From positions 1 through 30,615 of the IMG/VR virus record IMGVR_UViG_3300006105_000077: DNA of 30,615 nt, one strand, 5' to 3'. Positions 16,658 to 23,917 of this stretch are shown piece after piece (the first letter of the stretch is position 1; the number at the start of each line of letters is the position of its first letter). This DNA comes from a virus (lineage: Duplodnaviria > Caudoviricetes). The notes beneath the pieces were generated by a model, which was not told the origin of the DNA, did no database searches, and saw only the letters and a list, made by a program, of their open reading frames with translations. The translations under genes and the position numbers were made by a program.

Positions 16658-18808
16658 CTATTCTACAAAGTCGGGATTGAGAATGTATCGAGTTGTAGCA
16701 CGGCCGCCTTCATTATCAAGAGTGATGAAGGCGCCTTGCGATATAAGTTCATCAATCGCTGCGTCTGCGGCGGGTGTTGAATCATTCATTAGTTTCTTAA
16801 TCTGTGACCGTGAATGCGGCTGGTCATTAGCGCGAAGTTCGTGAACAATGCGCGTTTTAATCGCACGCTTTTGATTGTCATACTGTTGCGATAGCGCACC
16901 GATAGGAGCAGATGACGGTACGTCAACAGTGATGTCGAGACGTGAACCGTTATCGCGTGGGTGAAATTTCACTGTCGCTGCGGACTCACCTTCACGGCCA
17001 ACTTCACCGCCTCGGTCTTTCGCAATGACAAGATTGATGAAGCCGTCATTAGTGCGACTAAACGGCACGGTGCTTTCGACTGCGTATGCAGCGTGCAAAC
17101 GTCCAAGCTTATCACCTGCGCCTCGAGCCCAACGACCACGACCTTCACCGTTTTTCGTAACGTGGTCAACGATAACGAGCGCTGCTTGCGGCTTAATGCC
17201 TCGCATGAGCCACCGTGCATGAGCGTACCACGCACCAACTTCTGCGTTGTCTTTTTCGTTTAGTCCAAGTTCGACGAGTGCGGGCGCCATCGTATCGACA
17301 ATCACGAGAGACGGTTGCCATGCTTTAAGTTGTTGCTTCAACTTCAGCCATGCTAACTGACCTTTGCCCATGCCTTGCGGATTGAGGTAGCGAAGGTGCT
17401 CACTAACGAGTGACGGGTTGACGCCTAACGAAAGCAAACGCAACGCCATCGACTTACCGCCATCGTCTTCGTCATAGTCGAGATACGCAACAGTCTCGCC
17501 CGCTTCAATGCGTTCACGCACGAGATACAACGACACCCATGTCTTACCGTGACCGGGCTCACCGTAGATTGAGTGAAGACGTCCTGCATAGATGAGACAC
17601 TTCCCATCGCTGCGACGCAACATAGACGGGTATTCGCGCTCAATCTCTCCGCCCGACATCAATGCGCCTACGTCAAACGGCTCAGCGGGGTCGCGGTCAC
17701 CTTCATCTTCTTCGTCTTCATCTTCTGTCAAAGAGGTCAAATTATCCACAAAAGACGGGCCCTGAGATGATGTTGTAGGCCCTGCGAGAGCGGGGCTAAT
17801 GGTATTTACTGGCGCTGACGCGGCTGTTTTTTGTGATTGCTTGGCAGCACGGGCGTCAGTCTTCTGCGCCCATGCAACGAGCATCTCGTTCAGTTCTTCT
17901 GGCGCGTCCCAACGCTTATAGCCGCGTTCAATCTTTTCATATGCGGTGCCAAGTGGGAAGTAGTCCGATTCAGTCTGGTCGGTCTTCTCCCACACTTGCT
18001 TGACAATGATGTACGCCGTGTCGATCGAATCGCCGCGAGCACGAAGAATGCCAGCGAGACGTGTGAAGCCGTCATCACGTTCGCCTAAGCGAAAGCCTTC
18101 TTTAACGAGCGTCTGAACGTTAAGTGATTGTGTTGTCTCGAGCTTAGCGCCCGTGCTTGTTGTCGATGATTGACGCTTCTCATTCGCAAGAATCGTGATG
18201 AGATCGTTCGATATCGCAGACAACGCTGCGCCGTCACGCCAATGATAAAAGTTGCCGCTCACGTGTTGAGACGGTGCTGCTACGATGTACCCACCATCAG
18301 CCCTAATGTCAACGCCTGGGAGCCAATTAGTTCTACTCGAGATGAGAGGTCGCGGGCCTGAGACGGGCCCTGGCCAGTCAAGGAGAATGTGAGAGCCGCC
18401 ACCTCCTGTCGTCTGAATCTTTGTCGTAGGCAATTCAATGCCACGTGATGCGAGCCAGACCTTAAGCTCATATTCGCCGTCAACAATGTCATCACCGTTC
18501 TCACGAACGTCAAGGTCAAGAACAACGAGATTACTTGCGGCACCGGTCGCAATTGCGATGTTCATTTGCGGCGCTTGACGCGCCCACGCTTCAATCGTCC
18601 CTGTGTCGTTACTCGCGGACTTCAACCCATCGGGCACCATATAACCGATTGGGTGCTTGCCTGCGGCACGGCAATTCGTATCACCGCACGCACAACGTCC
18701 TTGAACGACCCACCAAATTGGGAGAACACGCCACCCGTGAGAAGCGTATTCGAGCGCGTATTCGAGAGAATTAGTAGGCATGATACGTTCTGCCGATGAG
18801 TGAATCAT
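16658..18808 (-). CDS. Bifunctional DNA primase/polymerase (Prim-Pol) fused to AAA/RecA-like helicase
   Basis: ALEYASHGWRVLP, GKHP, NIAIATG, VLDLD, TGGGGSH, DIRADGGYIVAAPS; Walker A GEPGHGKT, YLDYDE, VIVD, DHVTK. Confidence 0.9.
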   Translation of the reverse strand: MIHSSAERIMPTNSLEYALEYASHGWRVLPIWWVVQGRCACGDTNCRAAGKHPIGYMVPDGLKSASNDTGTIEAWARQAPQMNIAIATGAASNLVVLDLDVRENGDDIVDGEYELKVWLASRGIELPTTKIQTTGGGGSHILLDWPGPVSGPRPLISSRTNWLPGVDIRADGGYIVAAPSQHVSGNFYHWRDGAALSAISNDLITILANEKRQSSTTSTGAKLETTQSLNVQTLVKEGFRLGERDDGFTRLAGILRARGDSIDTAYIIVKQVWEKTDQTESDYFPLGTAYEKIERGYKRWDAPEELNEMLVAWAQKTDARAAKQSQKTAASAPVNTISPALAGPTTSSQGPSFVDNLTSLTEDEDEEDEGDRDPAEPFDVGALMSGGEIEREYPSMLRRSDGKCLIYAGRLHSIYGEPGHGKTWVSLYLVRERIEAGETVAYLDYDEDDGGKSMALRLLSLGVNPSLVSEHLRYLNPQGMGKGQLAWLKLKQQLKAWQPSLVIVDTMAPALVELGLNEKDNAEVGAWYAHARWLMRGIKPQAALVIVDHVTKNGEGRGRWARGAGDKLGRLHAAYAVESTVPFSRTNDGFINLVIAKDRGGEVGREGESAATVKFHPRDNGSRLDITVDVPSSAPIGALSQQYDNQKRAIKTRIVHELRANDQPHSRSQIKKLMNDSTPAADAAIDELISQGAFITLDNEGGRATTRYILNPDFVE

Positions 18809-18885
18809 ATGCGTCTTCCTGATGCGTCCCTGAGTTAATTACATTAACACTCAGCCGCGAATAATTACCGCGCTTTAAAAGAGTG

Positions 18886-19227
18886 TTAGGTGCTTTCCTC
18901 GAGACGACGGCGAGCACGAAGTTCACGGGACGTAGCGCGACGGTCTTTGATGTCGATGTTGATGAGACGTTTGCGCTGTTCTTCATTCATCCCTCCGTGA
19001 ATGCCGTCAACGATGCGATTGTCGATTGAGTACGCGAGACACTCGTCAATGACGGGGCATCGAGCACAGTAGTATCCGGGATTGCCTACTTCATCTTTTA
19101 CGACGAAGTCACTGATTGAAATGATGTCGTCTTCGGTTTCAATTTGTGGATAGAAAAGCGAAAAGCCGACGTCTTTGCATGCAGCGTCGTCTTTCCACTT
19201 TTCTGAGTTAGCGCTTTTTGCGCTCAT
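18886..19227 (-). CDS. whiB: WhiB-family transcription factor
   Basis: W-x-x-x-AAC...LFYP...CARCPVIDECLAY...GIHGGMNEEQR. Confidence 0.85.
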   Translation of the reverse strand: MSAKSANSEKWKDDAACKDVGFSLFYPQIETEDDIISISDFVVKDEVGNPGYYCARCPVIDECLAYSIDNRIVDGIHGGMNEEQRKRLINIDIKDRRATSRELRARRRLEEST

Positions 19228-19229
19228 CG

Positions 19230-19622
19230 TTATCCTGCGCTATTCAATACTTCGCTACACGCTTGCATCACGCCGATAACTTCACCCCACTCATCGAGTG
19301 TGCCATCGACAATGCGAACGAATATGGTGTCATCGTCCTCGTTAGTATACGTCTTAATTTCTGCAATGGCGGCGTCAACGGTTGACTTCACCATCTTTAC
19401 GAACTTCATCGCTGCGGTCCATGACTCGAGAAACGTTGCGTTCATTATGTCTTGCTGACTCACGGCGTTGAGAATGTTGCGATCGACAACGTGCCCTGCG
19501 TCAGTGAACTTCTTTAAGTTTGCGTGCGCAACGTTCGCTTCGTGACGGTGCAAATCACGCTCAACCTCTAACGCCATAATGTGATTGCGCATCGCTTTTT
19601 TTGAGTTTTTACGCGGTGTCAT
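19230..19622 (-). CDS. Hypothetical protein
   Basis: 130-aa ORF in tightly packed minus-strand operon. Confidence 0.6.
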   Translation of the reverse strand: MTPRKNSKKAMRNHIMALEVERDLHRHEANVAHANLKKFTDAGHVVDRNILNAVSQQDIMNATFLESWTAAMKFVKMVKSTVDAAIAEIKTYTNEDDDTIFVRIVDGTLDEWGEVIGVMQACSEVLNSAG

Positions 19623-19804
19623 TTGTCCTCTTTCTCGATGAGTCGTATAAATGCGCGAGCAATGTACAACGCGCCTACCTCAACGAAAAATGCGCCCAAG
19701 CCTGCACGTACGCTCACGGCGAACAACAGCACGGCTGGAAGAAATGCGATAACGCATGCAATAAAAATGACGAGCATGACGGCGAGTGCGTCAGTTAGTT
19801 TCAT
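19619..19804 (-). CDS. Small membrane protein
   Basis: Two hydrophobic segments; AAGGA RBS before ATG 19804. Confidence 0.55.
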   Translation of the reverse strand: MKLTDALAVMLVIFIACVIAFLPAVLLFAVSVRAGLGAFFVEVGALYIARAFIRLIEKEDK

Positions 19805-19940
19805 TTTTGTCCTTGTCTTCAAGTCCAACTTTGATAAAGCCTTTTGCAAAGCCGATTGCGAACCACTCATCATACGTCATTTCTTTTTTGAACGCATTAA
19901 TGATGTTCTTCTTAACTTCTGGCGTAATGATGCGTGACAT
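19791..19940 (-). CDS. 49-aa hypothetical protein (not in ORF track)
   Basis: MSRIITPEVKKNIINAFKKEMTYDEWFAIGFAKGFIKVGLEDKDKNETN; start overlaps upstream stop. Confidence 0.5.
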   Translation of the reverse strand: MSRIITPEVKKNIINAFKKEMTYDEWFAIGFAKGFIKVGLEDKDKNETN

Positions 19941-20095
19941 CACATGATGTCCTTATACGGTGCGATAGCTTCCGTGATTGCGACGTTAATGAATTCACTA
20001 AACGTCATATTGCGAAGAACGCATGCTTTTGCAATGTTCATTAATTCGTCGCCCGTGAAGTCAATTTCGATTGTTGTGTTTTTCGAATCACTCAT
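19940..20095 (-). CDS. 51-aa ribbon-helix-helix-like protein (not in ORF track)
   Basis: IEIDFTGDELMNIAKACVLRNMTFSEFINVAI; GGAG RBS. Confidence 0.55.
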   Translation of the reverse strand: MSDSKNTTIEIDFTGDELMNIAKACVLRNMTFSEFINVAITEAIAPYKDIM

Positions 20096-20279
20096 CATTG
20101 CTCCAAAGTATGTTTGATAGATACGGACTCACTAATGCATATTCTTCTGCTTCACGCCCAACAGCGTTAAAGATAGAGCGCAAAAGCTTCTTCTGTTTGC
20201 GAGGTAAACGTGTCGCGTAAGCAATGCATAGTCGTTTGTCACGCATAGTCACCGTCCAATATTCGCACTTTCGTTCCAT
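20088..20279 (-). CDS. Hypothetical protein
   Basis: 63-aa ORF filling operon gap. Confidence 0.45.
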   Translation of the reverse strand: MERKCEYWTVTMRDKRLCIAYATRLPRKQKKLLRSIFNAVGREAEEYALVSPYLSNILWSNDE

Positions 20280-20281
20280 GA

Positions 20282-20545
20282 TTAGCGCGTTCGCCCTCTC
20301 ATGTATAAACTCGCTGCTTCACGACACGGTGCACAACGACAACCATAATTTGCGTATGCGTTGTATGTTCCATGAATAACATAGTCCGGTACGATAACTT
20401 CTGGCGCGCACTTTTCGCAGAGAACGCGTTTGTCGCCTCTAAGCGTCTGCCAACCTGCGGCAATTGCTTTTGTCGTTGTAACGAAAAACTTCTTTACGCC
20501 GCATTCATCACATTCAATGAGCCAGCCTTTAATTTTCGCCATCAT
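20282..20545 (-). CDS. Zn-binding protein (CxxC pairs + HGT...GCRC..C motif)
   Basis: CDECG, CEKC, HGTYNAYANYGCRCAPCREA, a pattern typical of actinophage proteins. Confidence 0.6.
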   Translation of the reverse strand: MMAKIKGWLIECDECGVKKFFVTTTKAIAAGWQTLRGDKRVLCEKCAPEVIVPDYVIHGTYNAYANYGCRCAPCREAASLYMRGRTR

Positions 20546-20697
20546 TCACATCCGTTCATGCATTTTCTTTTGAGACGGTTATCTTTGCCGAAAATAAATT
20601 GTGTGTCGCATTTTGCGCAGTGATACACATCAACAACTATGCGTCGAACGACGGGTCCAGTCGGCGGTCTGTGCGTACGCTTCTTTGTCTTCTTCAC
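20542..20697 (-). CDS. 51-aa Cys-containing protein (not in ORF track)
   Basis: GTG start; ...YHCAKCDTQF...KCMNGCE; stop overlaps next start. Confidence 0.45.
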   Translation of the reverse strand: MKKTKKRTHRPPTGPVVRRIVVDVYHCAKCDTQFIFGKDNRLKRKCMNGCE

Positions 20698-20753
20698 AAT
20701 TCATTTGCTTTCGTGATAGCGGGTGGGCTATCGATTGTATTACGCTTTAAACG

Positions 20754-21035
20754 TTACGGCAGGCTTTTTGCTAATGTGTCACTGGTGTGTGCATCAATTA
20801 TGTCAGAGAGTGCTTGGTAGCAATCCCACCACCCCATGTCGTAGCCCTTGCGATGCGCCAGTTCGGTTTCAGTGGGTGGGTAGTCGAGGTCGGTCATGCG
20901 CTTGTCGTCGGCTTCGACTTCTCCCTTCGACGGTGGCTTGTGCTTCAGCAGGCGCTCGGAGATGAGTTCTAAAAGGAGTTCCTCGACACGCTTGCTATGC
21001 ACATCTCGTAGGGCTTGGCGTTCTTCGGGGGTCAC
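20754..21035 (-). CDS. Hypothetical protein
   Basis: MTPEERQALR N-terminus; GTGA coupling. Confidence 0.55.
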   Translation of the reverse strand: MTPEERQALRDVHSKRVEELLLELISERLLKHKPPSKGEVEADDKRMTDLDYPPTETELAHRKGYDMGWWDCYQALSDIIDAHTSDTLAKSLP

Positions 21036-21214
21036 GGTACGTCATCTCCCATGTGCATCTTATCGATGATTGCTTTGTTTCGATCGGCGACTTTCTTAAA
21101 GTCACCGTCCCAACCTTTGCCGCCCAGCCAAGCGGCGAACGCTGCGCCGAGCTCATCATCGGTGATGTTATGCTTTGCGACAAACGCGTCAAAATCGTCG
21201 AATGCTTCGCTCAT
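21032..21214 (-). CDS. Hypothetical protein
   Basis: 60-aa ORF coupled to neighbours. Confidence 0.55.
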   Translation of the reverse strand: MSEAFDDFDAFVAKHNITDDELGAAFAAWLGGKGWDGDFKKVADRNKAIIDKMHMGDDVP

Positions 21215-21218
21215 TTCG

Positions 21219-21293
21219 TTACCGTGCGATGAATGCGCGTAAGAAATAACCTGCGGCGAACGCTATCAATGCGTGTGCGACACCTATCGACAT
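21219..21293 (-). CDS. 24-aa hydrophobic peptide (not in ORF track)
   Basis: MSIGVAHALIAFAAGYFLRAFIAR; TAATG coupling to upstream gene. Confidence 0.4.
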   Translation of the reverse strand: MSIGVAHALIAFAAGYFLRAFIAR

Positions 21294-21475
21294 TACAACT
21301 CCAAGCCACACATTGGGCAGAACTTGAATGCGGTGTTTGCGCGGAAGTACTTGTGGTCGCCGTAACGACGGTCCTTGTTGTCGTGAGCTGATTCGAAACG
21401 ACGAAGGAGTCCGCCAACGTTCACGAGACCGTCAGTCACGGGAGTGTCATTCTTCTTTACGTTAATTGTCTTCAT
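21293..21475 (-). CDS. Hypothetical protein with C-terminal FCPMCG
   Basis: KFCPMCGLEL zinc-ribbon half; start reassigned to ATG 21475. Confidence 0.5.
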   Translation of the reverse strand: MKTINVKKNDTPVTDGLVNVGGLLRRFESAHDNKDRRYGDHKYFRANTAFKFCPMCGLEL

Positions 21476-21644
21476 TGTCTTCACTTTCTTTTGTAGGTGG
21501 GGTTGCGACACGGGCGGGTAAGCGACATTCGTCATACCATTCAATTAGCATTCCGAAGTCGTTACGTAACACGTGAGTGTATGCAATCACATTATCATCA
21601 GTGTCATATTCTTCAATTGGCATATCGCATAGTGTGCATTTCAT
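21462..21644 (-). CDS. Small Cys/His protein
   Basis: MKCTLCDMPI...YTH...C; ATGA coupling. Confidence 0.5.
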   Translation of the reverse strand: MKCTLCDMPIEEYDTDDNVIAYTHVLRNDFGMLIEWYDECRLPARVATPPTKESEDNEDN

Positions 21645-21829
21645 CGACGATACACCCACCAACACGTCATAATGATTGCGAACATCACAATCATAATGCC
21701 AAGCATTATGAACGGCAATTGGAGAAAGAACATCGCGCCTTCACGGTCACGAAAGTTATCGCTGAAAAACATCGCGAGACCGAAATATGCAAGCACGGGC
21801 AGTGCGAACTTAAGAATCTCGCGTATCAT
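21641..21829 (-). CDS. Small membrane protein
   Basis: Two hydrophobic helices. Confidence 0.55.
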   Translation of the reverse strand: MIREILKFALPVLAYFGLAMFFSDNFRDREGAMFFLQLPFIMLGIMIVMFAIIMTCWWVYRR

Positions 21830-22167
21830 TCCGGCTTCTTTTTCGTTATCTCATGAGGCCAATTCTTTTTCAGCCAATGATTCGAAACAATCTTCCATTC
21901 ACTTGTCATCTTCGGCGTCGCAGTTTGAATAGCCCGACATTGGTCGGGGGCGTCAAGGACGACAGGGTAAATGTGACGATACCGCCCATCGAATCGGATG
22001 TCTTTGATGATGGCTTCACCGCAATGTTCGCATTCTTCATGCGGAATGTGCTTATCAATGTCATGCGCTTCAGCGAGCGCGGTTGCTTCGCTTTCGGACG
22101 CACACGCCGTGAACACTGAACACTCGTGACACGAGAACACCCATATTTGATTAACTTTCGCCGTCAT
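21826..22167 (-). CDS. Cys/His-rich hypothetical protein
   Basis: CHEC...AH...H, CEHCGEAI...YRH...C; TAATG coupling at 22167. Confidence 0.55.
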   Translation of the reverse strand: MTAKVNQIWVFSCHECSVFTACASESEATALAEAHDIDKHIPHEECEHCGEAIIKDIRFDGRYRHIYPVVLDAPDQCRAIQTATPKMTSEWKIVSNHWLKKNWPHEITKKKPE

Positions 22168-22313
22168 TAGAGAGGCCTCCATTCATTACAGTCGCACGTG
22201 AGTGTGCACATCATTACATTGTCGATGAGACGGTGAGCGTCAGCGAGATGTGAGCACTCACAAATCGATGTGTCAATCACCGGCTCAATGTCATACGGTA
22301 TTGCAATTGTCAT
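22167..22313 (-). CDS. 48-aa Cys/His protein (not in ORF track)
   Basis: CECSHLADAH...C...CDC motif; AAGGAG RBS; coupled on both sides. Confidence 0.6.
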   Translation of the reverse strand: MTIAIPYDIEPVIDTSICECSHLADAHRLIDNVMMCTLTCDCNEWRPL

Positions 22314-22819
22314 ACTTCTCCTTCTGTGATAAGAATTCCCGTGTTCATGTCAAAACGTTCACGAACGACTTTACGCTTCTTGTTGTTCTTTTCGCTGACG
22401 AGACGAAATTGCACGAGACACGCTTCGCACGCTTGTTCGCCTCGACGCTTATGCGCACGGTACCCGCCAGCGCCAGGCTTCCCACATTCGAACGTACGAA
22501 TTGCGGGATTGTTTGTCGCTGATGTGTGCGGTTGACGAGTGAATGCATCAGTGAGTTTGACGCGGCGAATCTTACGTATCTGAATGCGCTCACGCTCAGT
22601 CGTCCCACCCCAAAAGCCGTAGCGTTCATAAAGGAGTGCGTAGTCTAGGCAATCGTTTACGATGGTGCACTTATCGCACATCATTCGTACTCGAAAAGGC
22701 ACCGGCTCTTCGAAAAAGTCGACCTTCGACTTTGCGCATTCGCCGAGTTCACGGATGTCGAGAAGACGACGCTTTGCGTCTTCTAACGTACCGTCAATTG
22801 TCTCTTTGTACTTCGTCAT
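22310..22819 (-). CDS. whiB: WhiB-family transcription factor with C-terminal Cys/His extension
   Basis: C...DFF...CDKCTIVNDCLDYA...GFWGGTTERER; CG-x-x-GAGGYRAH...ACEAC. Confidence 0.85.
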   Translation of the reverse strand: MTKYKETIDGTLEDAKRRLLDIRELGECAKSKVDFFEEPVPFRVRMMCDKCTIVNDCLDYALLYERYGFWGGTTERERIQIRKIRRVKLTDAFTRQPHTSATNNPAIRTFECGKPGAGGYRAHKRRGEQACEACLVQFRLVSEKNNKKRKVVRERFDMNTGILITEGEV

Positions 22820-23255
22820 TACTTGTCCTCTTTCGTCTTACAACTTTCTTTGTGTGCGTTTCGCAAAAAACGAAACGCCCACTTTTGTCGGGCGAACCCA
22901 TTTCGCCGCACACTTCACACGTTTTGCGAGCGAGCTCTTGCGCTTTCACTACAATAGCGATGCACTTTTTAACTAATTCGTCGTCATCATACGACGGGAG
23001 ACGAAAGAAATATTGAATCGTTCCGTTCGACTTCGTAAGTGACGTAATCTTATAGTTATGACACAGAGCATCAAGTTGCTCGTTAGCATTAACGATTAAC
23101 GGATACCAGCCAACGCTCACTCCTATGTGCGGCCAATATCCTGAACTCATTCGTTGAATGATGTCGAGCAATTGGTCACGGTAATCACCGGCATCATCAG
23201 GAATGAATTCAACGTCGCTTCGTGAGTGGCGGTTTTCTTGCACACGCACTCTCAT
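22794..23255 (-). CDS. Conserved phage protein with CxxCG...CxxH motif
   Basis: GWYPLI...G-T-I-x-Y...TCEVCGEMG...CETH. Confidence 0.6.
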   Translation of the reverse strand: MRVRVQENRHSRSDVEFIPDDAGDYRDQLLDIIQRMSSGYWPHIGVSVGWYPLIVNANEQLDALCHNYKITSLTKSNGTIQYFFRLPSYDDDELVKKCIAIVVKAQELARKTCEVCGEMGSPDKSGRFVFCETHTKKVVRRKRTSNDEVQRDN

Positions 23256-23293
23256 TTGCTTCTCCCTTCATGTAACGTGAATTCGTAGATGTC

Positions 23294-23302
23294 ACAATAA
23301 CA
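23294..23302 (-). promoter_or_regulatory. Extended -10 element (TGTTATTGT) for minus-strand operon
   Basis: Same TGTTAT(A/T)GT as at 4652 and 30494; no clear -35. Confidence 0.35.
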
Positions 23303-23557
23303 TACCTTTGTAACATCGGTGTGGCATTCGCAAAAAATATTTTCGAATCATAGAAATGAAGAAGCCTGTGCTCGGGAAGGGTGACCAAACACAGGCTCTC
23401 TTCATCTCACGTGCCGTGTGGCATGCATTAGGGACGCAAACGTGAGCGGGTTGGTGACGCTGTAGATGTCGCAACTCTTCACGGCGCGCCGGAGGAGTGG
23501 GACTCAATTATCGTAACATCGGCGATGAGTGCGTACACTCATTCTGAGACGGTGTTA

Positions 23558-23917
23558 CTAACGAAGTGCGGCTGCTGCCTTCGCGGTGATGCCAATTGTT
23601 GAGGAATCAATGATGCCGCTCGTTTGCGCAAGCATTGGGTCAGCAAACACACGAGACATACCGATAACATTAGTTTCATTCGCTTCATTGATGCACCATT
23701 GAATGAATTCGTCAGACGTCATGCTTTCTACTTCTGGCAAATTGTGCAATTGAGAAAGCAATTGTTCGGCGTATTGTTGTGACGCATCATTAAGACCCCA
23801 CACTTCTAAGTCATCGTTGTCGGGACCAATGTAGAAACGCATGCCCGTGTCGAAAAGTTTAGGCTTAAGTTCGAATGGGTTGTACTCGAAAATGCCGACA
23901 ACTTGTTTGCTCGCCAT
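23558..23917 (-). CDS. Hypothetical protein coupled to kinase gene
   Basis: TGATG overlap with upstream 813-aa gene. Confidence 0.6.
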   Translation of the reverse strand: MASKQVVGIFEYNPFELKPKLFDTGMRFYIGPDNDDLEVWGLNDASQQYAEQLLSQLHNLPEVESMTSDEFIQWCINEANETNVIGMSRVFADPMLAQTSGIIDSSTIGITAKAAAALR

